DNA of 57,955 nucleotides from Girardia tigrina (taxonomy: Eukaryota). A program made the translations under genes and the position numbers. Positions 25,164 to 40,100 of the stretch are shown one piece after another (within the stretch, counting starts at the first letter, position 1; every line of letters begins with the position of its first letter). The notes below the pieces were generated by a model. The model did not search any database, had not been told where the DNA came from, and saw only the letters and a list, made by a program, of their open reading frames with translations. The stretch lies in the NCBI GenBank assembly GCA_001938485.1, contig MQRK01198580.1, positions 4,025-61,979 on the forward strand. Direction: 5' to 3'.

Positions 25164-28100
25164 GTGCTTTTATTGTTAATAATGTAAACTTAAACAATAA
25201 TAAAATAAGAATTTTGAAATCGGATTCATTTTAAAAGTAATAATTCATACTTATACTTCAGAACTAATACAAACTGTTTCTGGTCTAAGTTTTGAGTTCC
25301 TTTTTATTCGAGTAGTTGATAGTTTCGTATCGAAACTTAAACACTGTCTTCTTTCATATATTGAATTATGTTCATAATACGTATGATTCTTGAAAACTAC
25401 TTTTAAGATGAATAAAATTTTTTATCAATTCTTCTTAATAATTTAAAATTTCATCTTTATAATCAGAATTTAGATATTTAACACTTTTATAATAGAAGAA
25501 TACGGCATTACTTATTCTCTAAATCAAACACTGCGGATCCTCGAGAGAAAAATTTGTAGAACATTCATTCTTCTGTTTCTCGATTTCCATATACTCAATC
25601 CTACTTATCTATGTTCTTTCTTATTAAAACATATTATTAACAACATCAATATGAGTTTTACAACATTTATTAATATCATAAACGCATTCACTATTTGATA
25701 TTTTTCTTGATCAATATATTTCTGAATTCATACTAATTATTTTCAATAAATGAAAATCTTTTAATAAAAATTAATAATTATAAAGAATCTAATTTGTTAA
25801 AATTAAATCTAAACACTTTTTTTAAAAAGTACATATTAATTTAATATATTAAAATTTTAAATTACATTAAAAATTAAATAATACATTCAAAATTTATTTT
25901 AAATGTGTTTACTTTAAAATTAAATTAAACTATTTGTAATTAGTAAGAATCAAAGAAAATACCGATCATCCATCTGTGTAGGAGAGGCACAATCCGAATA
26001 AACACACAACATGCACAATATCAACACACAATTCAAAATATTCCTCACACATATATCAAGATTCTTCGATGCAAGTTATACAGGGTTTTCCACCTAATTT
26101 AATCTCTTTAGAAAATGGAAGAACAAGAATTTACAAAAATAAGAGTTAGATTACATACAATATATTACATATAAATTAAACAAAAAATTAAAAATAAAAT
26201 TTATTAACAATCCAGACCAAAATTAATAGTTTGGCCCATTGGGAACAGCTCATAGCGGAAAGTTTCCTGCCAATCCAACCAAATAGTTGGGACAGCCTTT
26301 CTATCAATTATACTTTAACTAATGTTTAGGCCGACTGATCATATTTCGATCACAACCATTATTGCTTGATGTTGGCGTTCGTGACCCATATATATCGAAA
26401 GTTTACATTTTAAAAATGGTGACTTTTGATCACAAGTCACCATCCGCCACAGAAATGGGTCGATTATTTTTGCAATTAAGTAGCGATTTGCAGATAAAAT
26501 TCGGTCCATAAGAATTCTTTACTCTAATTTGTGTGTTCTTCATAACTAAAGCTGCTTTATTTGCATTATTCTAAGGGTTTTTAATATTTTTTTGTTAAAT
26601 CTATAACTTTTGGTCAATTGAAAAAATGCCTAAAATAGTGCTTCGAGAATTTTCATTATTGTATACAGATTTTCATCAGTAGATCTTTCAGAGCATAGTG
26701 CATCTTTGATATTAGAATTAGCGGAACAGAATCGGAAAAATCAAAATTGCAAGTGAATGACTGTTACAGAATTAGGACCATAAATATTATTGACATTTTC
26801 AGCTTCTTTGTTATTGTTTTCACCTTAATCGAAAATATCTTTAAAAGATCGCATATTTTCTCTTTGCTAGTTACCATCTGTGAGTGTGAGTGTGAGAATT
26901 ATATGATAGTGTGAATGCATGACTGCAGTAGATTGATTTGAGTATGTTGAACTTAGAATGGTGATTCTTCTTCCCAGATGGAAATCGGTATTTTATTTTG
27001 TGTTTACAGTAATTGACTATTTGAACATAATTAAAATAATAATAACGAAATGATAATAACTTGTTAAGTTTGAATTTTTAAATTAGTAATGAAAATCAAA
27101 TTTGATATTTTTAAAAATAAAATAGAAAAGTATTTAAAGGGATATAAAAAAAACTAATGAAATTTAAATATTTTAATTAAAAGATATTTCTATAATTTAA
27201 GCACATTTTCAAGTATATTCTTTTATAATATATTTGTGTCTGGGAAGTTTAATATAATGAAATTTAAAATGAAATTCATTTTTTACAATTTTATAAAATA
27301 TTTTTATTATTTCGAGTTCTTATAAAGAAATGGGTAACATTATTAATTTTACAATAAATATTTTAAGTAATAAAATATTTTTGGAAATTAAATATTATCG
27401 AAAAATTTATAAAATTTGTTCGAATAATCATGATTGTTAAGAACATTGAGACAATTTCATCTGAATTTTTATTAATATCCCATTTAGAGTCATTACAACT
27501 CTTGAAAGATCTTTCATCGTTTGACTTCGTTCTAATTGGTTGTTTTTATAATGATTATTTGAACAATTCTTCTAAATCTTTTTAAAATATTTTTCAAATT
27601 TCTAAAAATAATAATTAAAAATAATAATTTTAACCATTTAATAAAAACTCAAAAAGATAAAAATGTTATCAAATGGTTAAAAATGAATTTAATTTAAATT
27701 TTATTAATTTTATTTATATCTAATTAAATGCTTTTCTTTTCTTAAAAATTGTAAACAATCTTCCGAGAGATGCAAGGACTCTAAATGTGATAATAATAAA
27801 TGCTCAAATAAAAATTGTCTTAATGCTCTTAACAGCGAGAAAATAGAGACAAAAAGCATAAACCTGTTTCAGTTTTAGTCTTAAAATTTTTTAAGGCTTT
27901 TAAAGTTATTTTAAAGGAAAAAAACTTTCTAAAGTCATCTAGATTAAAACCAATAACACTCCTACAATGCGAAATACATATTACAAAAGTCACTTGTTGG
28001 AAAAGTAATGAATTACTTTTAACTACACCAAATATTTAGTAAGATATAAGACACCTTATCTTATTGTTAAACGTTATTCGTCATCTAAATCTAATTGCAA

Positions 28101-31100
28101 TTGTAAATACAAATAAATTTTCACTATTGACACTACTAATTAAATTGTTTTACCTTTGTCGGTAGTACTCTTATTTTTCGATAATTTCAGATGAAGACCA
28201 TAAGGTATTTAGTGTGAACCAATCTGTTTTTATCTTTCAATAATCTTGTTGACACTTAATTGATCTTTGGTTCATATATACAGTGCAACTTGTCTATGTT
28301 TGGCACCAAATGTGGAGCCAAAAGGTCATCAACTAATACATGCATGTTTTTCAATTCACGAATGACTTTCATCTTTATAACTACCGAAAGTTGTAACTAT
28401 AATCAAATTATGAACAAAAATATATTTATATATTAATTCTTAATCCCCACATATTACGGTCAACCAAGAACATCAGTGCCACCATCCACCAATACGATTT
28501 ATGTTTAACACGTCTATTTCTTCGACCAGTCTGAAATAAAAGTTTCCTTCATTTTGTTTCTCATTTCCCAAGCATATCCGGCCATCACTTTCTCAGCTCC
28601 AATAATGTGCAATATCAATTCAGGTTCTTCCTTCAAATGAAAAATTTAAGTTTCTTTATCATACATAACACTTCATACATGGTGGAACCTTTACACTTTC
28701 AGCCTCAACTTTCATCTGAAATTCAATATAATCAACTACTTCAACTTCAATGTCTTCATGGGCTTACCACTGTACATACTGAAAAATATTTTCCTCAAAT
28801 GATCATCAAATCAAATTAAATCATTTGCATTCACTAAATATTGAATTCCCATAGCGTTCCCTACTGTATCAAGGATTTCTTGAATTGATTAATCTTCTTG
28901 TAACTCGTGTGCATAATTTAATTCTTGATCCGCAAAGCTGGCTTTCATAAAGCATTTCTTTATTATATCAGGATTCCCTTTCTGTCAGCTTCCGAAGTCC
29001 AATAATCCAAAAAGGAGGTCTCTTTCGCCAATTCGCATACACACTTGAATTGTTATTGCCCAGTTTTCAGCACAAAAGACTTTAGGAACAGTTTGAGGTA
29101 TTCTTTTTTCAGACACAAAAGTTTTGTTTGGTGGTATTATAGTGTATTGGTGGTAATCTGAATTACTTTATTAGTGAGAGCGATAATGATGAACCAAAAA
29201 AATAATCTGCCAATCCCACTTCTGAAACTAATTGTAAATAGTGTATATTATCAGTAGTGCTACCGAAAGATAACCAACAATACACTTATTTAACATATAA
29301 AAATATATGCTGATATATCAGTTATAGAAAATAAACACATGATGGAGGATCTATCATCATCAAAAATATTTGTTTTTCATCTCAAATCAAATGTTTCTTC
29401 AATAAATATTTGCATTAACACTAGTACAAAAATTGTAAATTTGGTGAACAATATTTATTCTAAATGTTGGCTTTTCAGAACACGTTAATTATGAAATCTC
29501 TTTAATAACAAAGTATTTCCTTTTTGGTAATGACGGCCTTGATTTAGTTGCTGTATTTGTTGTCAATATACATCATGACATCGTTGGAAAATCCGAACGA
29601 AATGATGAAATTATTCGGGCCAGTTGGCTGAACAAACACGATATTATCTTCAATGAGTTCTTCCGTAAATTGAAGTTTTCCTCTTCAAAATTGGTTTAGC
29701 GTTTGATCCGTTTGATGTAATCATCGACTTGTTAGTTTATTATTGTTTTGAGATCATTATTTCCGGAAAACAAATCCGGCTAGATTAATTTTTGTTAGGA
29801 AATAATATAAATAATTGATTTATATATATTTTTAGTCAATTCAAATTTTTTATTTTTTTGGAAATAAATATAAACAATTGTATTTATTTATTTACAATAT
29901 TATTAAAGTTTTTGAAATTTTAATATTTATATTATTATTCGCTAGTTACTTTATTCTATCTAAGCTTTTATATTAATCTTCGATCAGACAAATATTTACA
30001 TTGGTTTATCGAAAACAATAAGAGCATTAACAAAATAAATAACATATTTGGGAAACCAACAGACTTTATTTTTCATTCCTAACACTTAATACAAGGAAGA
30101 ATCGTAACATCAACTCAAATATTCTTTTCGTTTACATAATATAAATATTTAAATAATAAATAATAAATAAGATATCAATAAATTAATATCAAAACTTCTT
30201 GGCCGAAAAAATAAAATTTCAAGCGATAATCAAGAAATCTATTTTTTGTATATTCGATTAGATTGTAATTAAATCTGGATAATAAATGGTAGTTAAGACC
30301 TTGTGATTATCACCACAAGGGTATTTTATCAAACAGCCCACTTACTGAAATTGTCATTCAAGGGGTTAAGACGCCTTAGTGTATATATTTAACTTAAAAG
30401 ACAACATTTAATTCGGATAACTCACATATTTTTATTTTATCAATACAGATTTTAATGAAATTTTCGATTTAAACTTTTATTCTAATTGTAATAGAGTATT
30501 ATTGTTAATTTTTAATCCCATTGCTGCCACCATGTTAGGTTGACAATTCGATTCCATTTCTAAATTCAAAAAACAAGTTGTTACTATCAAAATTTTTTAA
30601 AACTACCAAAGGTTAATTTTTTTATTTAAACAAATTTGCATTTTATTTATTTTTCCATTCTTTTTATTAGCTTACTTTATATATATATATANNNNNNNNN
30701 NNNNNNNNNNNNNNNNNNNNNNNNNNNNNNNNNNNNNNNNNATATATATGCGTGTGTGTATCCATGGCATTTAGAAACCTATTTTTGAAGGCCTTTAACT
30801 CAATCGATTTTCTTCAAACTTTGCACACTTACTCATTTTCGATGACAATAAATTTTTATGTAAAAATTTGATCGAAAAAAACTTTTTAAGATCCCAAAAT
30901 AGGAAAAAACGGAAAATTCGGAGTTCCCGAACAATATTAATTAAAAAAGTTCTACTTATAAATTATAAGTAGTTTATATAATTTTTTTGTCTATAAATTG
31001 GCAGGCTAACTCTCCATCTCGTGTGTGTGCGTATGTTGTGTGTCAATGAGGAGTGCAGGTTTGTATTACAATCAATCCATCACTGATTATTATGCAATTG

Positions 31101-34100
31101 CACTTCTATTTGTCCTGAATTGCTGACAAATAAAGTATTATTTTACGTAAAATTGTTAATGTTATCAAAATTAATTAATATTAATTTTTTATTATTTTTT
31201 TTAATTAAAATTTTTTTAAGTTTAAAAACTTTGTTGGCAAAATAGAGTTTTGTCTGCATTTAGAATGGATATAAAAAATTAAATTTTTTACTTTACTAGT
31301 TTATTTTACTTTCCAATATTTTTTTATTTCGATTATAATTCAAAACTATTAAAAAATAAAATTCCTATTTTCGAAAATTAAAAAATAACAATAATACTCT
31401 CTTTCACTATGTTGTTGCAGTGATTATTATATTTAATAAATTATTTTCTGAACTTAATAAATGTAATAAATATAGAGATCCCAAGAAACGATACGCAACG
31501 AGCAGACCAATTTATTCAATATAGAAACGCATCTCAGTGAGATGGATACTAACAAGAGGGTGGCTCTTCAGAAATCCGTAGAGACCAGCGACAAGAAATT
31601 GATTGAAGTCAAAGCAAACTTAGGCAGGTTGAAAGAAAGATTGATACCTATTACGGATATGTCTGAAGCTATAATCATGCAACAAACTCAAGCGGATGAT
31701 TTGAAATGCAAGTTACAAACATATGAGATAATGGCTGAATTGTTTTTCACCCAAATTGAGATCGGATCAATAACGACAAAAGAAAGTGCTCAAAATTATA
31801 TTGATTATATCGATAAACTTCTTGATCAAAAGTCCGACCAAACAGAAACCATTAAGAAAATTGAAGGCATCAATGCTGAAATTATTAAACATTTTCCCCA
31901 CTTGGAACAATTGGTCCCATTATTTGCGAGTGAAATAGAACATTTCGCTACAAATCTTACAATTTTCGAGTCGTTAGAAGGAACACGAAAGACACTGAAT
32001 GAAAAACTGGTGGTTTTAACGGAAATTGATAACAAATATAAATCATGTATCTCTGAGATCGAGACTCTTAAATATTATATAGTTTACAAAAAAGAAAATT
32101 TAAATTTACTAGACATAGAAACTGCAAGGCATAACATTGATACTTTCATCAATTATTTAAAAGACGTTCATAAAGCAATTGACAAAACCCAAATGGACAA
32201 ATTTACAATGGATCTAGAACAACTGGAGATTCTCTTAGATGTTTATGATGATCTATTGATGAAAGAGAAAAACAAAAAAGTCAAAGAAGAAGAATTTATC
32301 AAACATTTGGAAAAACAAAGTCCAATTTATGAAACAAAATTAGAAGATTACAACAAGAACCTTGTGAACATGGAACAGAATCTGAAAGAAAGTCCCAATT
32401 TCTTGTTATGTGAGATGGAGGCTTCGATAAATGGATTGAACATCCTCCGCAATGAGATTATGCGAGAGTCGATCAATATCTATGTGAACAATTTGAAGGT
32501 GATTATTTATTTATTAATCAATTATTCACGTTTTTTAGTCATTTGATAGAAACAAAATAATTTAATTTTTAACACATTAACTTTGAAGATGTATATATTC
32601 TTATGATTACTTTTTATTTCAATTCTTTTTTAACACGTTCGCGGACGGCTACTGTATAAAGAGTACTTTCGCTTTGTTCTAGAATGCCACCACTGCATAT
32701 GCAGTTCTTTCGATTTGGTCTAGTGGGTCACCACTGTATATGCAGTGCATTCGTTTTTACCACGTTTTTATTAGCTTGCTTTCTTCTCTGTTTGTCTGTT
32801 TGTCTGTCTGGAACAAATCTTGCGATTGATTTTTCGACCACTTTCAGTCATTCAATTGAGCTGAATTTTTTTATATAGGCTTGCTTCCGATGACAATACA
32901 ATATTATAAAAAGAATTTTGAAAAAAAAATTCCTAAATGATAACTAAAAATAGTTAAATAATATTAATAATAAAAAAAATTTTTTATAAAAAGCAACCAC
33001 GTTTTTCAAGCATTACCAATGCACTAAAAAGAGGAAAATAATTTTTTCTAGACATGTGCGAAATTTTATACCTAACCAAAAAAGTGGGGCATAGAAATAA
33101 TCGATTGTTACTAAAAAGCAGTAAAGAGGAAATAGCAGTTACTAATAGCAGTAATTCAGANNNNNNNNNNNNNNNNNNNNNNNNNNNNNNNNNNNNNNNN
33201 NNNNNNNNNNTAAAATTTCTCACATGTCTAGAAAAAAATTATTTTCCTCTTTTTAGTGCATTGGTAATGCTTGAAAAACGTGGTTGTTTTTATAAAAAAT
33301 TTTTTTTATTAATAATATTATTTATAAATTTCGTAGTAAATATTTTTAAAAAATATATAAATTAAATAATTTATTTATTCAAAGTTCATTGTATATACAA
33401 GTATCCGACTTCCACTTTTTATTGTTATAGCTAAATTCAGGTCGTCCGCGAACTTGTTAATATTTTCTAATCGGAATTATTATATTTTACCAAACATAAA
33501 TATTATTCAGTCAATCCGCATGGTTTAACAACTATAATAATTTAACTATTATTTAGTTACATTCAATCGAGGGCTTTATATAATTCTTCAAAACATCTAG
33601 ATACATTTATATGTTTCCTTTTAAAATATTTTCTAAGATGACCTGGCGCATTTTCTTTTCGCCGGTGGAGACTAGTTTAAACATCACAATTGAGGGTGGA
33701 TACTTTATTTGATATGGTTATTTAACATGGTCAGAGACAACTCTTAATTCATCAATGTTGTTGTTCCCGTCATTTAATTTGTTGGGAGCAGAGACGACAA
33801 TGAATTCCTACTCATTTGTAAAGAGGATGATAGACATGCTTCAATTTAAAATCTGATAAATACTTTTATTCAGTGTAACATCTTTTTTATTTGTTGTAAT
33901 CAGTTTCCCTTTTGTTTTGACCTTTGAATTAGCCTCGATATCTTCCTTCATTACCTTCAAGATATTAATGTCACTTACCCAATTTTTTCTCACTATTTAC
34001 CTCAAGATCATCACTCGAACGAACTAAATCGAACTAAATGGTCCAAAATGTTCTTTATTTAAACCCTTCATGTCCTTTGAAACTTTTTAAAAGCCATTGA

Positions 34101-37100
34101 CATACTACTTTTGACAAACTTCACGTAATTAAGATGTCATTGATAGTATAAAAGTAAGCTGACCGATGAACAGGAATTTAGTGATCGGTGAGTTTAATTT
34201 TAAAAATAGAATAAAATTAATAAATTAAAATAATATAATAAAATTATATTAATTTTAACAAACTACGAACGGAAAAGATCCGTAGTACAGATAGCCCTTT
34301 TGATTTATAAAATATCCACTTATAAAATATTCCTCACTTCACGATGTGATTCAACAAATTTTTGATACCTCTACTTCAAATTTATATAAATAATAAATAA
34401 AAATAAATAAATAATAAAAATGTATAGATAAAAACTACTTTATTGTCTTCATACACCGAAACCATGAAAAATGAAGACAAGGTTTATAAAATTATTTATA
34501 TGAAAATACTTGTTATTTATTGTTTAAAAATTTAAATTATTAAAGGGTTATGGTATTTAATCAATAATGACTCGCAATATTTTTGTTCTGAGTGCATATC
34601 AACATTCGAATCAAGAACTTGTCTTTTAATTTGACTGACAAGAGTTAAAAAAAGTAAAAGTAACTTCCCTGGAGCCAAAAGGTCTACATTGATAGGAAAT
34701 TTAAAACATTTAAACTTTTTGTTCTAACCACCTCAAATAATCGAGCTTTTCTTTATTCGCACTCGGTAAGTCATTTAACATCCTTAATTACCTGATCTTT
34801 ATTTATTTACTCAATTGAATTCAGAATATTTAACAAAATCATATCTGTAATCAAGCATTTTTATTCAATCAAATGGAAATCAATCAAAAATTGAATATTA
34901 AATTGTCAAGTGCGACATTTGTAGGTATGATTACTGTAAATTCAAATATTTATAATTTGACAATGACTTAACATTTTGTTGCTCAGGTTTTGTTGTTTGT
35001 TACAATCCTGGCTTTGATGAATCACTAATGAATCACTAGCAGCCCCCGATAGGCCTCCTACGGGGTCGGATAGTTTCGCTCTCCGAGATCTTTTCGGCTT
35101 CCCTGTGAGAAACGACCACCCATGGGTTGTATAGCCATGGTTCTGCATACCTTTGACTGTATTCGTGGACTTTGTACAGCCGCGAAAGGGACATCTGAAC
35201 TCACCCCTTGCAGTTAGATCTGCAATCCTAAAAGTCAGATGTGTTTCTTCAGTACCTATCGCTTCTTCCACCGCCATCGAGATAGTCGGGGGGTCCGTCA
35301 CGGATTAAATCTGGTTGCCCGAAATGTTGAGGTTTTCTACGACTCTTTCTTCTGTGGTTGTACTATCTCTCCAATGCGCACCTCATCTCCTTTCGAGTAT
35401 TAAGCCTGAGGCTTTTTAGGAGGCCTGGGACGCTGATGGTTCTCAACGGGCACTCCCACAATGTTGGGATCCATGCCTTTGTTCCGCCTGTCCGAAGATG
35501 CAACGACGTCATTACGACACCCTTCACCGGGATTGATTCATCCCAGATCATTAAGATGCAATCCAACCATCGACAGCGGGGTCACTACTCCCCACAGCCT
35601 TCACACCCAGATTGTAAAGCGTAGCCTAGTGAATGGATTGCTGGCCCATTCCTGAATACGATACATTGTCGGCTGTTCCGCAATGAAAGGCTAGCTTTCG
35701 GGCACTTTAGCCTAGAGACGGAATCGAACCCAATCTAGTTTCTCAGGGATACTACGTAGAAGTATGCCCACTGGCCGCACAGTTGATCCCTGATCTCTCC
35801 AATGTACGAGTTTTGACACCTGTTATAATCAAATTTGTAAACTAGATTAGCTTGCAATCCAAAATTCGTTCTTGTTTTCTTCATTTAATCCTTTCTTAAC
35901 CCGTGTTTGTGTACATAATTTGTCCAATGTAACCATAATGTTGTGATCTAAATGTTTGTTTATGTACATGTTGTCAATTTAAAGAACTAATAAATATTAA
36001 ATTATAATTATTGAAGTATGAAATTTGAAAACATGTACAATTATGAATTTCTTGAAAAAAATCTTTGACAAAACTTTTTTCAAAAAATATATTTTTTTTT
36101 GATTTTATCTTTGTGAGGAATATTTTTGAATGGTGTTTATTGTGTGTTGTTTGGTATGTTGTTTGGTATGTTGTTTTAGGATTGTGTTTCTCTCACCCAG
36201 ATGGAAGATTTATATTTTAAATATTTTAAAAGGTCGGGTTGTTTAATCAAGTATTAAAATTTAAATAATCTCTTTAAAATTAAACTAATATTTCATAAAT
36301 AATATTTTAATAATATTTTCTTAAAATAAATAAAAATTATTTCAAATTTAAAATATAAATTATTTTTGTAATAATTAAATTGTAATTTAAATTTGTTTAA
36401 ATAACAAGACGTTAAAGAATATTATTAAAGATTATCAATCAAGAAGGATAACGAGCTACGCAAGTTTTACGAAGAATTGTTCTAGTGGCAATTCAAATTG
36501 TGATATAAATAAATGTAAAGAAAACTCAATTAATGTTCTTAATAATCTTGAACCATTTTTAAACTCTTTTCATTCATCAAATCGGGGAGGATGTATTATT
36601 CATTAAAATCAAACACTGGACTGCCATGTCCTTTAATGTTTTTATACTTTGTAAAAGGAAGCATTTTGACTTTATGTTTATATTTTACTATGTACATGTT
36701 TTTATGTTAAATTCGCCCTTTAGTCCGTCTTTAATTTAAAAAAGCAAAGAAAAAATATTTTATAAATATAAATATATAATCAAAAATTATTTTCTACTGA
36801 TATTAATTTGAAAATATTGCTTAATACTTTTTAAATTGATAAAAAGATAAAATTCGTCAAACATCTTGTGACGCATTTTTAAAATCCGTATCAATTTAAA
36901 TGTATATTGTATCTTTGATGTCGACTAATTCTTCAGGAATCAAGAGTCTTTCGAATATATAATGAACGCCTTAATGATACCACAAGTTCGATTAAACGGT
37001 TCTCTTCTACTATCATCTCATTTTTTTGGAAGAAGTATGTTAATGGGGTTGATCTAAATGATTTACTTTCGAAAATGTGTTCTCAATGGACCATGACACT

Positions 37101-40100
37101 TAAAGTGTGTTTTGAAAGTGAAGACCTTGAATATCACGACAAAGTTGCTAAAGTCGAGGTAAAGCTTTTTTGTATTAATTTCTTAATTTCTTATTCATAG
37201 ATGTACAATATAATAAATTATTTACATAACTTTGGACTTGATCTAAAATTGATTTCGTTTGAAATCGTTCTTTTACAAATTTTATAGAGATGTAATTACT
37301 TCATATCACTTCAGAGGACGGATCGTAACATGTATGATTATTAAAAAATGTACTATTAGTCCTGGTTAAAAAGGATATTTGCTGCAATATTTAAGTACTT
37401 TTGATCAAATAGAATAGTAAATCCTGTACAAATAAAGAATTGTATTACATATTTCGTCTGCAACAAGTATTGTGATAAACCTTAGTGATTTTAATTCCGG
37501 TCCAGTTGGTACTAACTGGTACAAAGGCCCGGTGCCAGTAGTAGAGCTTCAACATCATTCTTGGTGACAACGTTGTCTTGAGGATGACGGCACTGAAGAC
37601 ATTTCTCGAATTAAATGGCTCTCGAATGCCGTAAATGACCCCATATCTTTATCTCGCTTCTTCAGTGTTTGTATAGCTGATATAAAAATACGTTTTGATG
37701 CATCTATCTATTTATACATATTCAAATCGGAATTCAGAAACTGGCAATTGTTTATAATCATCAAAATCACTATCTTTGAGACCAGTGGCGTTGATAGGGT
37801 TGGTGTCACCTAGTGCGGTAAAGTCACGGTGTCACCCCTCCAGATTTATTCTGATTTATTCACCATGTAATATCTCAAAGTATCAAAATGACAAGAACAA
37901 AAAAAAACAAGTTCACTGTCACTGAAGGTCAGCCGTCAGCGTGCACAAGCATTAAAGAACTGTAAAAACGTTAAGTTATAGATATTTATTCAATCTTCAC
38001 CGTTTGAATGATTTCACAACAAGTCAACGAATGTGTGCGTTACTTTATCATAGCATTAAATTACTGATAAAGTCAAATCAACATGAAAATGATGTAATAA
38101 TATTTCTTAACTGGAAGCTGACGTCATGGAATCCGAATACCCTGTGTTTTTTAGTTAACCTTAGCTTAACGCTGGGTTATTTATATAGGGTTATTTCCGC
38201 GATGTATTTTTCATTTGGTAACACCTCTGAGATTGCGTCACTCGGTGCGGTCCGCACCCCCGCATCCGCATAGCGACGCTACTGTTTGAGACTTCCATAG
38301 TTTTCTCTGTAGTTTTCCGGTAATTTTCTGGTTGTTCAACTAACCCTTTGGAACTAAATTAAATAATCCCTCTGATGTCACAACATTTTTTAATTTGGTA
38401 TCTAGTTTATCTAAATCCTTCAAACTATTTTAATCTCTATCTTTCAGAGAGACTTGCTAATTTCATTTAATTGATAATTACTTGAATTGAAAAGCTTTGC
38501 AACTTTTTCCTAACAGAAAATGTTTTTAATCAAGAAAACTTTTTTTAATTGAAACTTTAAAATCATTAATGATGTGTAATTAACTAGTCTTTATACGATG
38601 AACAACTATGAATATAAAACAATCAATGATATGCAATATATATATATATATTAATAATATAATTTGGACTTTATTAATCTTTTATTTAAGAAACTGCTTA
38701 TATTAATTAGTTATTTAGAAATAGAAAAAACAATTATTAAAAGAGCTTTAAGAATGTATTAAGTGATACATGCGCGCGTATTATACGCAAGTAAGTAGCG
38801 CTATCTTAATTAAAGTCAGTAAATCGAACATTTTCTTTTGTGAAACTAAAAAATTAATGGTATTTAATTATATTTGTCTAAAATGTTTGTTTTTTGCTGG
38901 TTTGTCGGTCACGCTATGATCAAAATGCAAAATGGCAGAAGAACCGAAGCCAATCCACGTAAGGACGAGGTGAATCTGCATAGCCTGCATTGAGACGGTT
39001 CTGTCGATGTAGCATCTTTGCTGAAAGACGTCGAGAAGCCGACGAAATCGACCAACTGTTAAATAAACACCGAATCCTAAACAATAAATTATAATTACGA
39101 TTTAAAAATTACAAAACAACCTTCTTAAGACGAAAATTCAGCTCCCCCGTCATTTATGACGGGTCTTTTTCTAGTTTTATCAGATTTTCCTAAATTTTGC
39201 ATATTTTCATTTGACATGAAGGCAATATTTTTAAGACATAATATTTTAATTATTTTATACTCATAATTTTCAAAAGTTTAGCTGTGATGACAAATTAATA
39301 TTTATTATCTTTTAGACCATAAAAGTGATGTTAGAGTGCTTGAGAGTTGTTGCCCAGCAATCTGAACATTTTGCTCTAACAAGTTTCCAAATGCAGATGA
39401 TCGATTCATTTAAAATGAGAGTTACTGATTTACTCGTAACTGTTGACGAAATTCAGAAGTTCATAAATAATTGCACCTTCAAATTGTCCAGTTTTTATTT
39501 TTTGAATGTCTGTCTGTCGAAATGGTCAGAAAAATTGAGTCGTCATTTTATCCTGGTTCAATCACTCTCTGAAGAATGTTCAATACAAAAATATATTCAT
39601 TTGAAGAAACAGTTGATGTTCTATGCGAATTCTGTTACCCAGTACAAACATTTGTACCAATTTTTCCAGAATTTATGTGATTTAATTACCGAAGAAATGT
39701 TTTTTGGTTTTGATATTGTTGAGGAAATTCATAATTCTTTGGAAAATATTACCAAGTCCATGGACAGTGTCAGTAGAAAACTTTCCTCTTCCATAGAAGA
39801 CATAGACAATCGTCTATCGGAATGGAAAAGACTGAAAGAATCTGAAATTTCTCTTCGTAAATCTTTTGATTTATTGGATGATACCTATACGGAATTGACC
39901 AAAGGCAAACATGTAGATAGAATAAAGGAACAAATGTACATTGAGGTATTTATTTCTATCAATTGTTATCTTCATTTATAAAACTAAAATAGCAAAAAGA
40001 AGATTGAAAATCAAATTATTAAAAAATTAATTGTCGTAATAAATCCTTTTAAGTTATTTAAGGGAATTAGGAATCTTAATTGTTATCATAATAAAACAAA

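Noticed and set aside
32960-33320. Near-perfect inverted repeat around a gap
   Set aside because: It abuts an N gap, so misassembly cannot be excluded.
37587-37632. ACGGCA-CTGAAGA-CATTT..AAATG-...-TGCCGT hammerhead-like arrangement
   Set aside because: Stems I and II are possible, but the GAAA and NUH elements are absent.
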